From a virus (Duplodnaviria; Caudoviricetes): a DNA stretch of 64,000 nt. The stretch spans positions 32,001-96,000 of IMG/VR virus record IMGVR_UViG_2784746770_000001, one strand, 5' to 3'. Of this stretch, positions 46,747 to 56,379 are shown piece after piece. Each line of letters begins with the position of its first letter. Position 1 is the first letter of the stretch. Below the pieces are notes generated by a model, which saw only the letters and a program-made list of their open reading frames with translations, did no database searches and was not told the origin of the DNA. The position numbers and the translations under genes are program-made.

Positions 46747-46800
46747 CTTGAACATGTTCAAACGACGATGAAGAACCGCACAGCCACGGAGGGGAGAACC

Positions 46801-47385
46801 ATGTGGAAGAGACGGCGTCGAGCGCGCCCCTCCCACCTGGAGCCGGACGAAGGGCACCAGCTCGCCCGGGAGTTCGTGACCGGCCTCAGCCTTCCGCCGG
46901 CACGCAGCGTCCGCGACCTCATCCCGTTCGTCGAGGACTACACCGGCCGGCCGATCCGGCTTGTCCCGGTCACCGAACGGGACGCCTTGCCGGACATGGG
47001 AGAGAGCTCGTCCCCATGCGGCGCGTGGCTTGCCACCGAAACGACGGACCACATCTTCTACGACGCCATGACCAGCGTCGCCCACCAGGACCTCATCATC
47101 GGCCACGAGCTCGCGCACATCCTCCGCGAGCATCGGAGGCTCGACGACGAGAGGAAAGCTGACAAACTCAGCGGCCTCGGTGACCTCGGCGGTCTGCTTC
47201 CCGACATGACGCCGAACATGATCAAGATGCTGCTCGGCCGCACCCGATACTCCGTACCGAAGGAGGCGGACGCCGAGCACATCGGTTCGATGCTCCAGGA
47301 GCACGTCAACTCCACCTCGCACCTAGTCGCCGCCCACCGCGACGACCCGATATCCCGCACGCTCCTGCGAAGGCCGCCTCGTTGA
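46801..47385 (+). CDS. IrrE/ImmA-like zinc metallopeptidase domain protein
   Basis: CGAW...HIFY...HQDLIIGHELAHIL...R..Y....EADAE. Confidence 0.8.
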   Translation: MWKRRRRARPSHLEPDEGHQLAREFVTGLSLPPARSVRDLIPFVEDYTGRPIRLVPVTERDALPDMGESSSPCGAWLATETTDHIFYDAMTSVAHQDLIIGHELAHILREHRRLDDERKADKLSGLGDLGGLLPDMTPNMIKMLLGRTRYSVPKEADAEHIGSMLQEHVNSTSHLVAAHRDDPISRTLLRRPPR

Positions 47386-48605
47386 AAGACCTCCTGCACC
47401 CCCTGTGCTTGATCCTCGCCGGCACCGGGTTCCTCGTCCTGCTCCGCGACCTGACCCGTGACCGACGAGGGGATCCGGCCCTCGGCGCTCTTGCCTGGGC
47501 CTTCCTCGCCTCCGCCCTCAGCTACGCCGTCTCCATGACCTGGGTCTGGATCCGGGTCGACGACTTCTTCGGTGTGACGAACATCGTCGTCCCGATCGCC
47601 CAGGGCCTGGTGATCCTCGTCCTGACGCTCCAGAGCATTGTCCTGGCCTACTGGTCCCGGCCGGCCGAACAGGCACGGCGCCGGGCCAGGCACCTGCTGA
47701 TCGCGGGGGTGACGGTGATCGCGGGGATGGCGGCACTCTTCGTGCTGCTCACCCCAGCCACGCAGCGGCCGGTGGACTTCTCGCTGTACTACGCCCACGA
47801 CCCCTTCTACCAGGCGTACGTGCTGCTGTACTTCGGCACGTACTCGGCCGCCGAGATCTACCTCGCCCGGTCCTGCTGGAAGTACGCGCGCACGGCTGCC
47901 CCCTCGGTCGCATTCGGCCTGCGTCTGGTCGCTGTCGGCGCCACCATCACCCTCGGCTACAGCGGCATCCGCATCGCCGGCATCATCGGCGCCGAGGCCG
48001 GATTCAGCGTCAGCCACCTCAACAACTTCGCCTGGGCCTGCGGCGACATCGGTGCCGCCATGACCCAGGTCGGCTACTTCATCCCGGTCATCGCCGCCCG
48101 GCTCGGCCCCTTCCTCGCTCTCGCCCGCGAGCACTACGCCTACGCCCGGCTCGACAACCTGTGGACCACCCTGGTTCGCAGCGACCCCAGCGTCGTCCTC
48201 CAGCCGCCGGTCTCCCAGCGGCAGTACCTGCGCGAGCGCAAGGGCCTCCACTACGAGCTCATCCGGCGCCGTGCCGAGATCCGCGACGCCATGATCACGC
48301 TGCGCCCGTACCTCAGCGCCGAGGACCGCCGCGCCATCGAGGAGCGCCGGCGCCGCCCGTGGAGGTTCGGCCGCTGGCTCACAGCCGCCGTCACCGCCGA
48401 CCAGGTCCAGCGCGCCCTCGTCCTCCACGCGCAGGGCGCGCCGGTCGACGACCCCACCGAGTACGCCGACCGCGCGCTAGCGCTCGACACTGCCCGCGCT
48501 GAGGAACTACACCTCCTGCGTGTCGCCGCCTTCTTCTACGCGCCGCCGCAGCTCGCCCCCTCTGCTTCTTCCACCAGTACGACCTCTTCAGGAGCACGCA
48601 CTTGA
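47382..48605 (+). CDS. multi-pass (about 7 TM) membrane protein with cytoplasmic C-terminal domain (MAB_1171c/DUF6545-like)
   Basis: Seven hydrophobic segments, then LW..L...P...RRRAEIRDA...LRPY...EELHLLRVA. Confidence 0.8.
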   Translation: MKDLLHPLCLILAGTGFLVLLRDLTRDRRGDPALGALAWAFLASALSYAVSMTWVWIRVDDFFGVTNIVVPIAQGLVILVLTLQSIVLAYWSRPAEQARRRARHLLIAGVTVIAGMAALFVLLTPATQRPVDFSLYYAHDPFYQAYVLLYFGTYSAAEIYLARSCWKYARTAAPSVAFGLRLVAVGATITLGYSGIRIAGIIGAEAGFSVSHLNNFAWACGDIGAAMTQVGYFIPVIAARLGPFLALAREHYAYARLDNLWTTLVRSDPSVVLQPPVSQRQYLRERKGLHYELIRRRAEIRDAMITLRPYLSAEDRRAIEERRRRPWRFGRWLTAAVTADQVQRALVLHAQGAPVDDPTEYADRALALDTARAEELHLLRVAAFFYAPPQLAPSASSTSTTSSGART

Positions 48606-50170
48606 TGTCCCGCCGCACTCTCCTCGCCGCGTCCGCGGCCGTCGCCGGCGCCCTCGGCATAGCCCGCCCTGCCGCCGCCGAGGAGGGCAGCGCCGCCCGC
48701 GCCGCCACCCCGCTCTACCTCGCCCCCGCCCGCCAGCAGCTCACCGCGCTCCGCAACGGCTACATCTCCAGCCGGGACCTGCTCGAACAGCTCCTCGCGC
48801 ACCACGCCAAGCACAACCCGAGCCTGAACGCCGTCGCCACCCTCGACGCGGCTGCCGCCCGTGCCGCCGCCGACAAGGCCGACCAGTACCTCGCCAGCAC
48901 CGGCTGGACCCTCGGCCCGCTCCACGGCCTGCCGATCACTGTCAAGGACGCTCTGGAGACGAAGGGGATGCGCACCACCTGCGGCTCCCCCGACCTCACC
49001 GGCCACATCCCCACCACCGACGCCGACGCCGTCGCCCTCCTGCGCGCCGCCGGCGCCATCATCATCGGCAAGACCAACGTGCCGGTCATGTGCCAGGACA
49101 TCCAAACGAGCAACCCGCTGTTCGGCACCACGAAGAACCCCTTCGCTGCCGACCGCACCGCCGGCGGCTCCTCCGGCGGCCCCGCGGCCGCCGTCGCCGC
49201 GGGCCTGTCCTCCCTCGAAGTCGGCTCCGACCTCGCCGGATCGCTTCGCCTCCCGGCCGCGTACTGCGGCGTCTACGCCCTGCGGACCAGCCGCGGCACC
49301 TCCCCCATCGTGCCCACGCGCGGTCACATCCCGCGCCCGCCCGGCTGGCTCACCAGCAGCGACATGCTCTCCCTCGGACCGATCGCCCGCACGCCCGCCG
49401 ACCTCGACCTCCTCCTGGACGTGCTCGCCGCCCCGGCCCCGGCCGACGCGTCCGCCTGGCAGATCAACCTCCCGGCCCCCACGAAGACGTGCCTGAGCCA
49501 GTACCGGATCGGTATCTGGGCCGATGACGCGTACTGCCGCGTCGGCGCCGATGTCCGCGGCCTGCTCGCCACGGTCGCCCAGGCCGTCCGCACCGCCGGC
49601 GCGCGCGTCGACGACACCACGAAGCCCGTCGACTTCGCGGCCAGCGACAAGTTGTTCCAGCGCCTGATGTACGCGACGTCCGCCGCCAGCTCCACCGACG
49701 CCGCGTTCGCCGGCGAGGTCGCGGCCGCCGACGCCCTCGCCGACGACGACCCGAGCGCCCTCTACCTCAAGAGCCGCACCATGCGACACCGCGACTGGGC
49801 GCGCGCCGACGAGGACCGGCAGAAGCTCCGCGCCACCTGGGCCTCCTACTTCGAGACCCACGACATCCTCATCACCCCCGCGGCCCCGACCGCCGCCGTC
49901 CTCGACCAGACCTCCGTCCCGGTCCCCCAGCGGTACATCACCGTCGACGGCCAGAAGCGCTCGTACTACGACCAGACCGCGTGGATCAACCTCGCCGGAC
50001 CGGTCGGCCTCCCCTCGCTCGTCGTCCCGGCCGGCCAGACCGCCGACGGCCTCCCGCTCGCCATCCAGCTCATCGGCCCGCACCTGACCGACCGCACCCT
50101 CATCTCCGTCGCCCAGCTCCTCGCGAACGTCCTTCCGACCGCCCCGAAGGCCCCGGCGCTCGCCGGATAG
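48605..50170 (+). CDS. Tat-exported amidase-signature family hydrolase
   Basis: MSRRTLL twin-arginine signal with AxA site; GPLHGLPITVKD, GKTNVP, GGSSGG, GSDLAGSLRLPA; TGATG coupling. Confidence 0.92.
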   Translation: MSRRTLLAASAAVAGALGIARPAAAEEGSAARAATPLYLAPARQQLTALRNGYISSRDLLEQLLAHHAKHNPSLNAVATLDAAAARAAADKADQYLASTGWTLGPLHGLPITVKDALETKGMRTTCGSPDLTGHIPTTDADAVALLRAAGAIIIGKTNVPVMCQDIQTSNPLFGTTKNPFAADRTAGGSSGGPAAAVAAGLSSLEVGSDLAGSLRLPAAYCGVYALRTSRGTSPIVPTRGHIPRPPGWLTSSDMLSLGPIARTPADLDLLLDVLAAPAPADASAWQINLPAPTKTCLSQYRIGIWADDAYCRVGADVRGLLATVAQAVRTAGARVDDTTKPVDFAASDKLFQRLMYATSAASSTDAAFAGEVAAADALADDDPSALYLKSRTMRHRDWARADEDRQKLRATWASYFETHDILITPAAPTAAVLDQTSVPVPQRYITVDGQKRSYYDQTAWINLAGPVGLPSLVVPAGQTADGLPLAIQLIGPHLTDRTLISVAQLLANVLPTAPKAPALAG

Positions 50171-50236
50171 CCCAGCGGCAGCAAGTTCCGGTGGTCCGGC
50201 CCTCGCGGGGGTGGGGCGGGGCCGCCGAGCAAGACA

Positions 50237-50268
50237 AGGGGCCAGGGTTCGTGTGAACCCTGGCCCCT
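50237..50268. terminator. bidirectional terminator hairpin
   Basis: AGGGGCCAGGGTTC-GTGT-GAACCCTGGCCCCT between convergent genes. Confidence 0.7.
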
Positions 50269-50302
50269 CGTTTATGCCGGACGACTTGGCAGCATCGGCA
50301 CG

Positions 50303-51586
50303 TCAGATCGTACGCAGCCCCGCCCGAGGCGCGGTCACGCCCACCCGCCACCGAGACGGCTGCGCCGCACCCTTCCAGCGCGGCACACCGCTCGGGCGCG
50401 GCACGGCCCGCTCCGGCCGCTCACCCGGCAGGTCCCACCCGCTGATCACGACCTCGGGATCGATCAGCGCCTCCACCGCTGGCCAGACCATGAACGGCGA
50501 CAGGCGGACCAGCTCGGCCAACTGCTCGCGCTCCTCTTCGGACTGCCCCAGCCCGGCCGCGGGCTGCGACACCTGCTCACGGGCGGAGGCCAGCAAGGTG
50601 GGCCGGTCAAGGTGGATCGGCACGCCGTGCAGGCCGTCCCACGTGCCGTCGCTGTCGATCAGGAGGCGCAGCTCGGGCCGCCCCGTGTTGGAGTCGTGCT
50701 CCAGGTGCACGAAGACTCCCCGGACCTGCGGGAGCGTCCCGGCCTCCGCCAGCGGAGTCGACGGCCAGGCGATGTAGACGCAGTGCTGCGGCAGTCCTTC
50801 GAGGATGCGCTCGCGCGGCAGCGGCTTCTCGGCGGGGACATCGGGCTGGGCCCACGCTGCTGCCACGTGCTTGGCCGCCGCCTCGTCGTCGACCCAGTAC
50901 ACGCCCTTGGTCAGCCACCAGGCCGAGAGCGCCGCCACCCGCGCGATGTCGCCCGCGCGCGGGTCGCCCGGGAACCCGCCCCCGTGGGGGTACACGACAC
51001 CGGCCGCCGCTCCCATCGGCACCCAACACCAGTCCGGCCACGCGCCGACCTCCTGGGTCCCCTTGCGGTCCGCGTGCTGGGCCATCTCGGCGAGGACACC
51101 GGGGTACCGCTTGCGCATCTCGCGGACCAGGCCCATGCAGCGGTCGGCCGCCTCCGCGGTCACCTTCTCCGGATCGGACGGCGCGGTCTCGTACGACTCC
51201 GCCGCCGGGGCCGGGACGGTGAACAGCGGCGTCGCCGGGACCTCCTCCACGCCGTCGCCGTACTCGTCGTCCGCCTCGTCCGTGATCAGACCCAGGGTGA
51301 GGTCATAGGGCAGCTTGCAGACGACGAAGCCGTCCACCATCCGCCACCCGGCCCGCTCGACCGACTTCACCGGCGCGGGCACCAAGTTGTCCAGCAGCGT
51401 CTTCCGGGCCGGGGCGTCGCCGAGCTCGCCCAGGTCGAGAACCACGAGGATGCTGTGCCCGCCGTCCAGCGTGTAGCAGTGCCAGGGGGCCAGGTCCTCG
51501 GGCAGCTTCCGCCCGTAGGTGCGTCCCGGCATGGTCATGCCGGCCAGTACGGTCGCGATGACCATGCCCGGGTCTACGGTGCTCAC
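50303..51586 (-). CDS. hypothetical protein
   Basis: GAGGAG RBS; two-domain Trp-rich protein. Confidence 0.75.
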   Translation of the reverse strand: MSTVDPGMVIATVLAGMTMPGRTYGRKLPEDLAPWHCYTLDGGHSILVVLDLGELGDAPARKTLLDNLVPAPVKSVERAGWRMVDGFVVCKLPYDLTLGLITDEADDEYGDGVEEVPATPLFTVPAPAAESYETAPSDPEKVTAEAADRCMGLVREMRKRYPGVLAEMAQHADRKGTQEVGAWPDWCWVPMGAAAGVVYPHGGGFPGDPRAGDIARVAALSAWWLTKGVYWVDDEAAAKHVAAAWAQPDVPAEKPLPRERILEGLPQHCVYIAWPSTPLAEAGTLPQVRGVFVHLEHDSNTGRPELRLLIDSDGTWDGLHGVPIHLDRPTLLASAREQVSQPAAGLGQSEEEREQLAELVRLSPFMVWPAVEALIDPEVVISGWDLPGERPERAVPRPSGVPRWKGAAQPSRWRVGVTAPRAGLRTI

Positions 51587-51841
51587 AGGTACCTCTCCTC
51601 AGGGGTGAAGCGGGTAGGGGCGGTAGCGCGGTAGACCGGCTCCGCCCGTTCTTTCCGCGCCTACGGGCGCGGTCGCGTCGGTACGCAGCCCCGCGGAGGC
51701 GGGGAGAAAGGGCTTCGGCCCTTCGTGGTGCCTCACGTGAGTGAGGAGCAGGGCCGCGAGTCGACTCGGGCCGAGAAGCTCACCCTAGCGGGGTGAGGGG
51801 ACGCCGCTCAGGCCAACAGTCCGGCCGGGCGACGCAGGTGG

Positions 51842-52570
51842 TCAGCGCAAGATGCGGGCCATCGGGCAGCGCGAGAGCCCAAAGGTCTCGGTGCACGCGT
51901 GCGGTGTCTCGGGGTGGGCGGCCTTCACGGCGGCCTTCACATCGTCGTCCAGGCGCCGGATGTGCTGGGGGCCTTGGATGCGGGGGTCCCCTTCCGCCGT
52001 CCACCCGCAGGAGCACACGGCGGCGGTGACCCGGATGGGCATGGGCCCATTTTTCGCCCGGCGGGGGAGTTCCACGAGTACCGGGACCAGGGTGTGAGGT
52101 CCGAGGCCCGCGCCCTGGAGGACGTCCAGGCGCCCGAGCGCGTCCGCGACCTCGTGGCCCGCGTCCCCCGCCATGGCCAGCAGCAGACTGCCCCGGTTGT
52201 CGATCCACCAGGACGCAGAGGCGTTCTTCAACGCCTTGTCCACGATGACCTCGCCGAGGTCCTTCCGCGCCTCAGGGAACGCCTTCCGCCAGCTGTCCGC
52301 CATACCTCGCACGGTGCCGATCGCGTCCGCTCGGAGCGTCTGCGCCCACGCCACCTGCCGCTCGGTCCCCGTCAGGTCCGGCCAGCCGGCGGCCGCGGCC
52401 GCCGCAGCGTTCACGGTGCTCTCCTCGCGCCGCTGGGCCTCGACACAGGAGGAACAGTCGCTCTTCTCCATCCACTCCATGGTTTCCCCGCGCCTCTTGT
52501 GCGGGCCGATCAGGTCCACCCGCTCCTCGTGCCCGCAGGCTCGGGTGATGTCGTACTTGGCCATACTCAT
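51842..52570 (-). CDS. hypothetical protein (LTGTERQVAWA motif)
   Basis: CGH...C..C Zn-like motif plus LTGTERQVAWA...ASWWID, a pattern common in phage proteins. Confidence 0.75.
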   Translation of the reverse strand: MSMAKYDITRACGHEERVDLIGPHKRRGETMEWMEKSDCSSCVEAQRREESTVNAAAAAAAGWPDLTGTERQVAWAQTLRADAIGTVRGMADSWRKAFPEARKDLGEVIVDKALKNASASWWIDNRGSLLLAMAGDAGHEVADALGRLDVLQGAGLGPHTLVPVLVELPRRAKNGPMPIRVTAAVCSCGWTAEGDPRIQGPQHIRRLDDDVKAAVKAAHPETPHACTETFGLSRCPMARILR

Positions 52571-52625
52571 CCTCTCGGTGATGGTGCCGGACAGGATGCC
52601 GGGCGCCGCTGACAGCGCCCGGCAG

Positions 52626-52838
52626 TTACGCGGATTCAGCGAAGCACTCCGGGCACGTCGAGGCGGGCTCCTCAGGGTGCTCGGAGCACACCTCCATGAC
52701 CGTGTAGGGGGTGTCTCCGTCGTCTTCGGCTATGAGTTGGGCGGCCACGGCCAGGGCCTCCGCGCGGCCGGCATCGCCGTAGAACGGGCCGTCGACCATG
52801 GCGGCGCCGTCCTCGAAGACGCCGTACTCGGCGCTCAC
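52626..52838 (-). CDS. small hypothetical protein
   Basis: GTGA overlap with the upstream gene; C..H......C..C. Confidence 0.55.
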   Translation of the reverse strand: MSAEYGVFEDGAAMVDGPFYGDAGRAEALAVAAQLIAEDDGDTPYTVMEVCSEHPEEPASTCPECFAESA

Positions 52839-54286
52839 TTCGCGGCTCCGGCCGGGCGCCGGTAGCGGTTGCACTCCTGGTCGTGCGGCCGGCCATGGCC
52901 CTCCTGGGCGTAGCAGTCGCAGTGACGTGAGACAGGAGCGGTGATCCAGTCGGCGACGGCGGCGGCCAGGACGGTGGAGTCCGCGAGGCAGTCGAGCACG
53001 GCAGAGTCGCCCCCGTTGATGTACACCGGGTCGCCGACGGCGTTGCCGTACTCGTCGTGCAGGAACATCGACCACCCGGTGTGCTCGTCGGCCGGATGGT
53101 CGACCGAGCCGTCACGATCGGCGATCGACAGGAAGCCGACAGCACCCCGGGTGAACGGGACCGGCACCCGGTACTGGGCGCTGCTGCTGTCGTAGACGCA
53201 CGACAGCTCCCGGCCGGGGGTAATCCCGTACTCGCCGAGCACGGCCAGCAACCGGGCCCCGGCCGCGGGCACCGGCGCGGCGGCGGGAGGCTGCTCGTAG
53301 AGCGCCGCCGCGGCCTCCCACCACGTCTGGCGCAGGGCAGCGTCCTCCCGAGCCTGGGCGCACTGCCGGCGCTGTGTCCCCATGCCGCCGGCCAGCGGGG
53401 CGTACAGGTGCGGGATCGAGGGGCGCAGCAGGTCCGCGTACTCCTTCCCGCCGAGGAAGATGACGTCGGCGTCGTCCAGCCCGAGGCCGGCCGCGTGCTG
53501 GCCCATCCTCTCCGCCGTGACGGCGTTCTCGTCGCCGATCCTGACGTTGTACGGGTGGAGGGGGCGGGTAATGGGGACGAGCCCGTGGAGCGCGGAGGCT
53601 ATGAAGATCAGAGACGGGTCGGTCAGGGCGTCGGCCACGCTGCGCAGGGATCGGTGGTAGTCGCCGATGTACAGCTCTCCGGCCGGGTAGCCCGGCAGGG
53701 AGCCGCCGTACTCGTTGAAGCCCGGGTGCGGCCGCTTCTTCTCCCCGCAGGCAATGATGACGACCCGTCGCCGCCGGACTCGGATGCCGCCGCGCTGCCG
53801 GGCGTACTCGCGGCCGAGCTCGGTGAGGTAGAGCGACCGGCCGGTGTCCTCCCACGTTGCCGGCGTCCTGTCCCACGACGCGGGCCGGATGTCGGCGTAG
53901 CCCTTCGCGTTGACCTGCCGGAGGGTGGGCCCGCGGAACCACGGCTCGTGCCGGTTCTCCCCATGCGCGTCGTCGCGCCCGGCCACAAGCTGGTCGGGCC
54001 GACGGGCGGCAGTGATCACAGCTTCGTGCTGCCGTTCGGGCAGCTTCGGCAGAACGCCCACGCTGGCCGGAAGGGACTGGAGGGACTGAGGGGACGGGTT
54101 CGCTTCACGCCATGCGTCCAGGGCCGCACGGCCGGCGTCGGTCACCCGGCGCGTGCCGTCGACCTGCCTGACGATCAGGTGGTCGGCTTCGAGCTTGGCC
54201 ATGGCCGCCGGATGTCCGGTGACGAGCCCGTTGTCGTTGCTGTCGAGGATCTTCGCGCCTGTGGGGCTGAGCAGAGAGGTGGACAT
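52835..54286 (-). CDS. multidomain protein with a DUF6884-like domain
   Basis: IIACGEKK...PAGELYIG...IASALHGLV...PYN pattern; AAGGAA RBS. Confidence 0.7.
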   Translation of the reverse strand: MSTSLLSPTGAKILDSNDNGLVTGHPAAMAKLEADHLIVRQVDGTRRVTDAGRAALDAWREANPSPQSLQSLPASVGVLPKLPERQHEAVITAARRPDQLVAGRDDAHGENRHEPWFRGPTLRQVNAKGYADIRPASWDRTPATWEDTGRSLYLTELGREYARQRGGIRVRRRRVVIIACGEKKRPHPGFNEYGGSLPGYPAGELYIGDYHRSLRSVADALTDPSLIFIASALHGLVPITRPLHPYNVRIGDENAVTAERMGQHAAGLGLDDADVIFLGGKEYADLLRPSIPHLYAPLAGGMGTQRRQCAQAREDAALRQTWWEAAAALYEQPPAAAPVPAAGARLLAVLGEYGITPGRELSCVYDSSSAQYRVPVPFTRGAVGFLSIADRDGSVDHPADEHTGWSMFLHDEYGNAVGDPVYINGGDSAVLDCLADSTVLAAAVADWITAPVSRHCDCYAQEGHGRPHDQECNRYRRPAGAAK

Positions 54287-54329
54287 GGGGTTCCTTCGGG
54301 GTACGAGGCGACCGAGGGGCCGCGGTGGG

Positions 54330-55313
54330 TCAGGAGTCGGTGCGGGAGAGCCAGGCGGCGACGGCCCGGGCGCACGTGGCGCTCTGCTCGGCACATCCCA
54401 TCTCGGCGGAGGCGGCGTAGACCTGGTCGACGTACTCGCCGGTCTCGTCGTGCACGTGGACGGACCACGGCTCGTCGTGCTCCCGAACGGGCCGGGTGGC
54501 CAGCTCGCCGGCGTACAGCAGCAGGTGCGGCCGGGTGTAGACGTTCTCCTCGGCGGTCCCCGGCTCGGTCGCCATCACTCGGTAGGTGACTCCGTCGACG
54601 CCGTCCAGGTAGGAGGTGAGGCCGTACGCGTTCAGCGCAGCGTCGAGCACGTCGCCTTCGGTGGGGGCGGTACGGACGGGGGAGAGTTCGATGACGCGAT
54701 CCGGGGTGGCGATGAACACGGTCCCGGCGCCGTCGCTGAGGATCCATGCTCCGTCGGCCTTCGCCCAGTTGTAGACGACCTTCTCTGCGAACTCGCGGCT
54801 CCAGGGCCCGGGCGCGGCCGTGGCCCAGCCGCCGGCCGTGTGCCTGTCCCGGCGGCGATCCACAGCCGTGAACTCGAACGCGGCGAGCGCGGTGGGGTAG
54901 GCGGCGCGGCTGATCGGTTCGGCCCGCATGCCTGCCGGGAGCGGCTGGGTGGACGCGAGGTCGGCGGCGGTGGCATTCCACAGGGCGATCTCGGCGGCCC
55001 GAAGAACGGCCCCGGTCGCGGCGCACAGCGCTTCGGCGGACTTCTTGGCCTGGGTCGCCTCCTGCCGGTACGCGGTGCGGCTGCGGATTCCTGCCACGCG
55101 GCGCTGGCTGGGCGGCAGGTACTCGTCGGCCCGCAGGAGCATCGCCAGTGTGCTTTCGGTCCGGCTGCTGTGTCTCCGGGCCATGTGCAGGGCGTGCTTC
55201 GCGGCGGTGTGCTTCTCGTCGGCGGCCTGTCGCTCGGCCGTCAGTTTCCGGACCAGGTGGGCGCGGCGGGTGGTGACGGCGGACGCGATGTCGCCGGGGG
55301 TCGGTACGGACAT
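54330..55313 (-). CDS. hypothetical protein
   Basis: CCTGGAG RBS; C-terminal domain resembles that of the next gene. Confidence 0.7.
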   Translation of the reverse strand: MSVPTPGDIASAVTTRRAHLVRKLTAERQAADEKHTAAKHALHMARRHSSRTESTLAMLLRADEYLPPSQRRVAGIRSRTAYRQEATQAKKSAEALCAATGAVLRAAEIALWNATAADLASTQPLPAGMRAEPISRAAYPTALAAFEFTAVDRRRDRHTAGGWATAAPGPWSREFAEKVVYNWAKADGAWILSDGAGTVFIATPDRVIELSPVRTAPTEGDVLDAALNAYGLTSYLDGVDGVTYRVMATEPGTAEENVYTRPHLLLYAGELATRPVREHDEPWSVHVHDETGEYVDQVYAASAEMGCAEQSATCARAVAAWLSRTDS

Positions 55314-55420
55314 GGTGGAGCTCCAGGAAGGCGTGGGCAGCCGTACGCGGACGCGTGCGGGCCGTGGAAGGGGTTCGGGGCCGCCGCGCCCGGGCCGGTG
55401 CCGGGCGCGGCGGGGCGCGG

Positions 55421-56245
55421 TCAGAGCGCGCGGACGGCCGCGAGCACGTTGTCGGCGCCGTCGACCGTGACGTCGCAACAGGGCTCGTCGCCAGCGCCGC
55501 GGATCAAGACGTGGACGCGGTTGTCCACGGAGAGGGAGACCGTGTGCCGACCGCCGAGAGTCGGCCAGTTGAAGACGTCGTGCCCCCGCAGGAACGGGAA
55601 GGCGGCGTGGAGGCGGCGCGCGGGCAGGCCGCACACCGGCACGAACCGGCGCTTGTCGTTGTTGGCGAGGTCGAGCACGGACAGGACGGCCACGGTCTGC
55701 TCGAACGGCAGGCGGGTGAAGTACGCGGTGACGTCGAGGGCGGGCCCGCGCTCCGTGCCCTCCTCCGGGGAGTTGTCGACCCACGCGCGGCGGGCTTCCA
55801 GGCGCGCGCTGCCGCCGGCGGGCAGGTCCCAGGACGTGTGGGCGGTGCCGAACTCGAAGAAGCTGGTGCGCTTCCGGTCGCCGAGGGCGGTGTTCATGGC
55901 GGCCTGGAAGCACGCGACGGGGCACAGCGCGTCGTGGAGCGGGACGAGGGTGCCGGTGACCAGCCGCGTGAAGGTGGCGGCGTACGCCTCGGGGGTGTTC
56001 TTGTCGGCGACGATGGTGAACGGGCTGCGCTCCCGGTTGGGGAGGTGCGCTGTCGCGTAGACCACGTGGTCGTGCGCGCCGAGGAGTTCGATGTGGTGGC
56101 CGCGCGCCGAGCGGAGGACCGCGCGCAGGGGGTGGCGGGGGGAGTGGTCGGGGCGCAGCGTCCAGCCGGGGCCGAGCGCGGTGCGGACGGCGTCGAAGAA
56201 GACGTTGGCGGTGTCGACGCTGATCGGGCTCGCGGAAGGAGACAC
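55421..56245 (-). CDS. hypothetical protein
   Basis: GAAAGG RBS and GTG start behind the repeated leader. Confidence 0.7.
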   Translation of the reverse strand: MSPSASPISVDTANVFFDAVRTALGPGWTLRPDHSPRHPLRAVLRSARGHHIELLGAHDHVVYATAHLPNRERSPFTIVADKNTPEAYAATFTRLVTGTLVPLHDALCPVACFQAAMNTALGDRKRTSFFEFGTAHTSWDLPAGGSARLEARRAWVDNSPEEGTERGPALDVTAYFTRLPFEQTVAVLSVLDLANNDKRRFVPVCGLPARRLHAAFPFLRGHDVFNWPTLGGRHTVSLSVDNRVHVLIRGAGDEPCCDVTVDGADNVLAAVRAL

Positions 56246-56272
56246 AAGGGTGCCTTTCTGGAGGTCAAAGCG

Positions 56273-56326
56273 TTGGCCGGCCCCCTCGCTCTTGGGGGCC
56301 AATGAAGATGACTGTACACCAACTTA
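56273..56326 (-). promoter_or_regulatory. early promoter/operator plus 30-bp hairpin leader (copy 1)
   Basis: TTGGCCGGCCCCCTCGCTCTTGGGGGCCAA is identical to 62953-62982; the operator at 56313-56326 overlaps the minus-strand -10 TACAGT. Confidence 0.7.
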
Positions 56327-56379
56327 TTGAGTGGGGGGAGGGGTACGCGACCATCAACCCCTCCCCCGCCCCGGCCGGC

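Noticed and set aside
46748-46761. LexA/SOS box
   Set aside because: GAAC-N2-GTTC spacing does not fit the actinobacterial GAAC-N4-GTTC box.
56241-56247. GACACAA as a late promoter
   Set aside because: It is the reverse complement of a GTG start context and has no matching -10.
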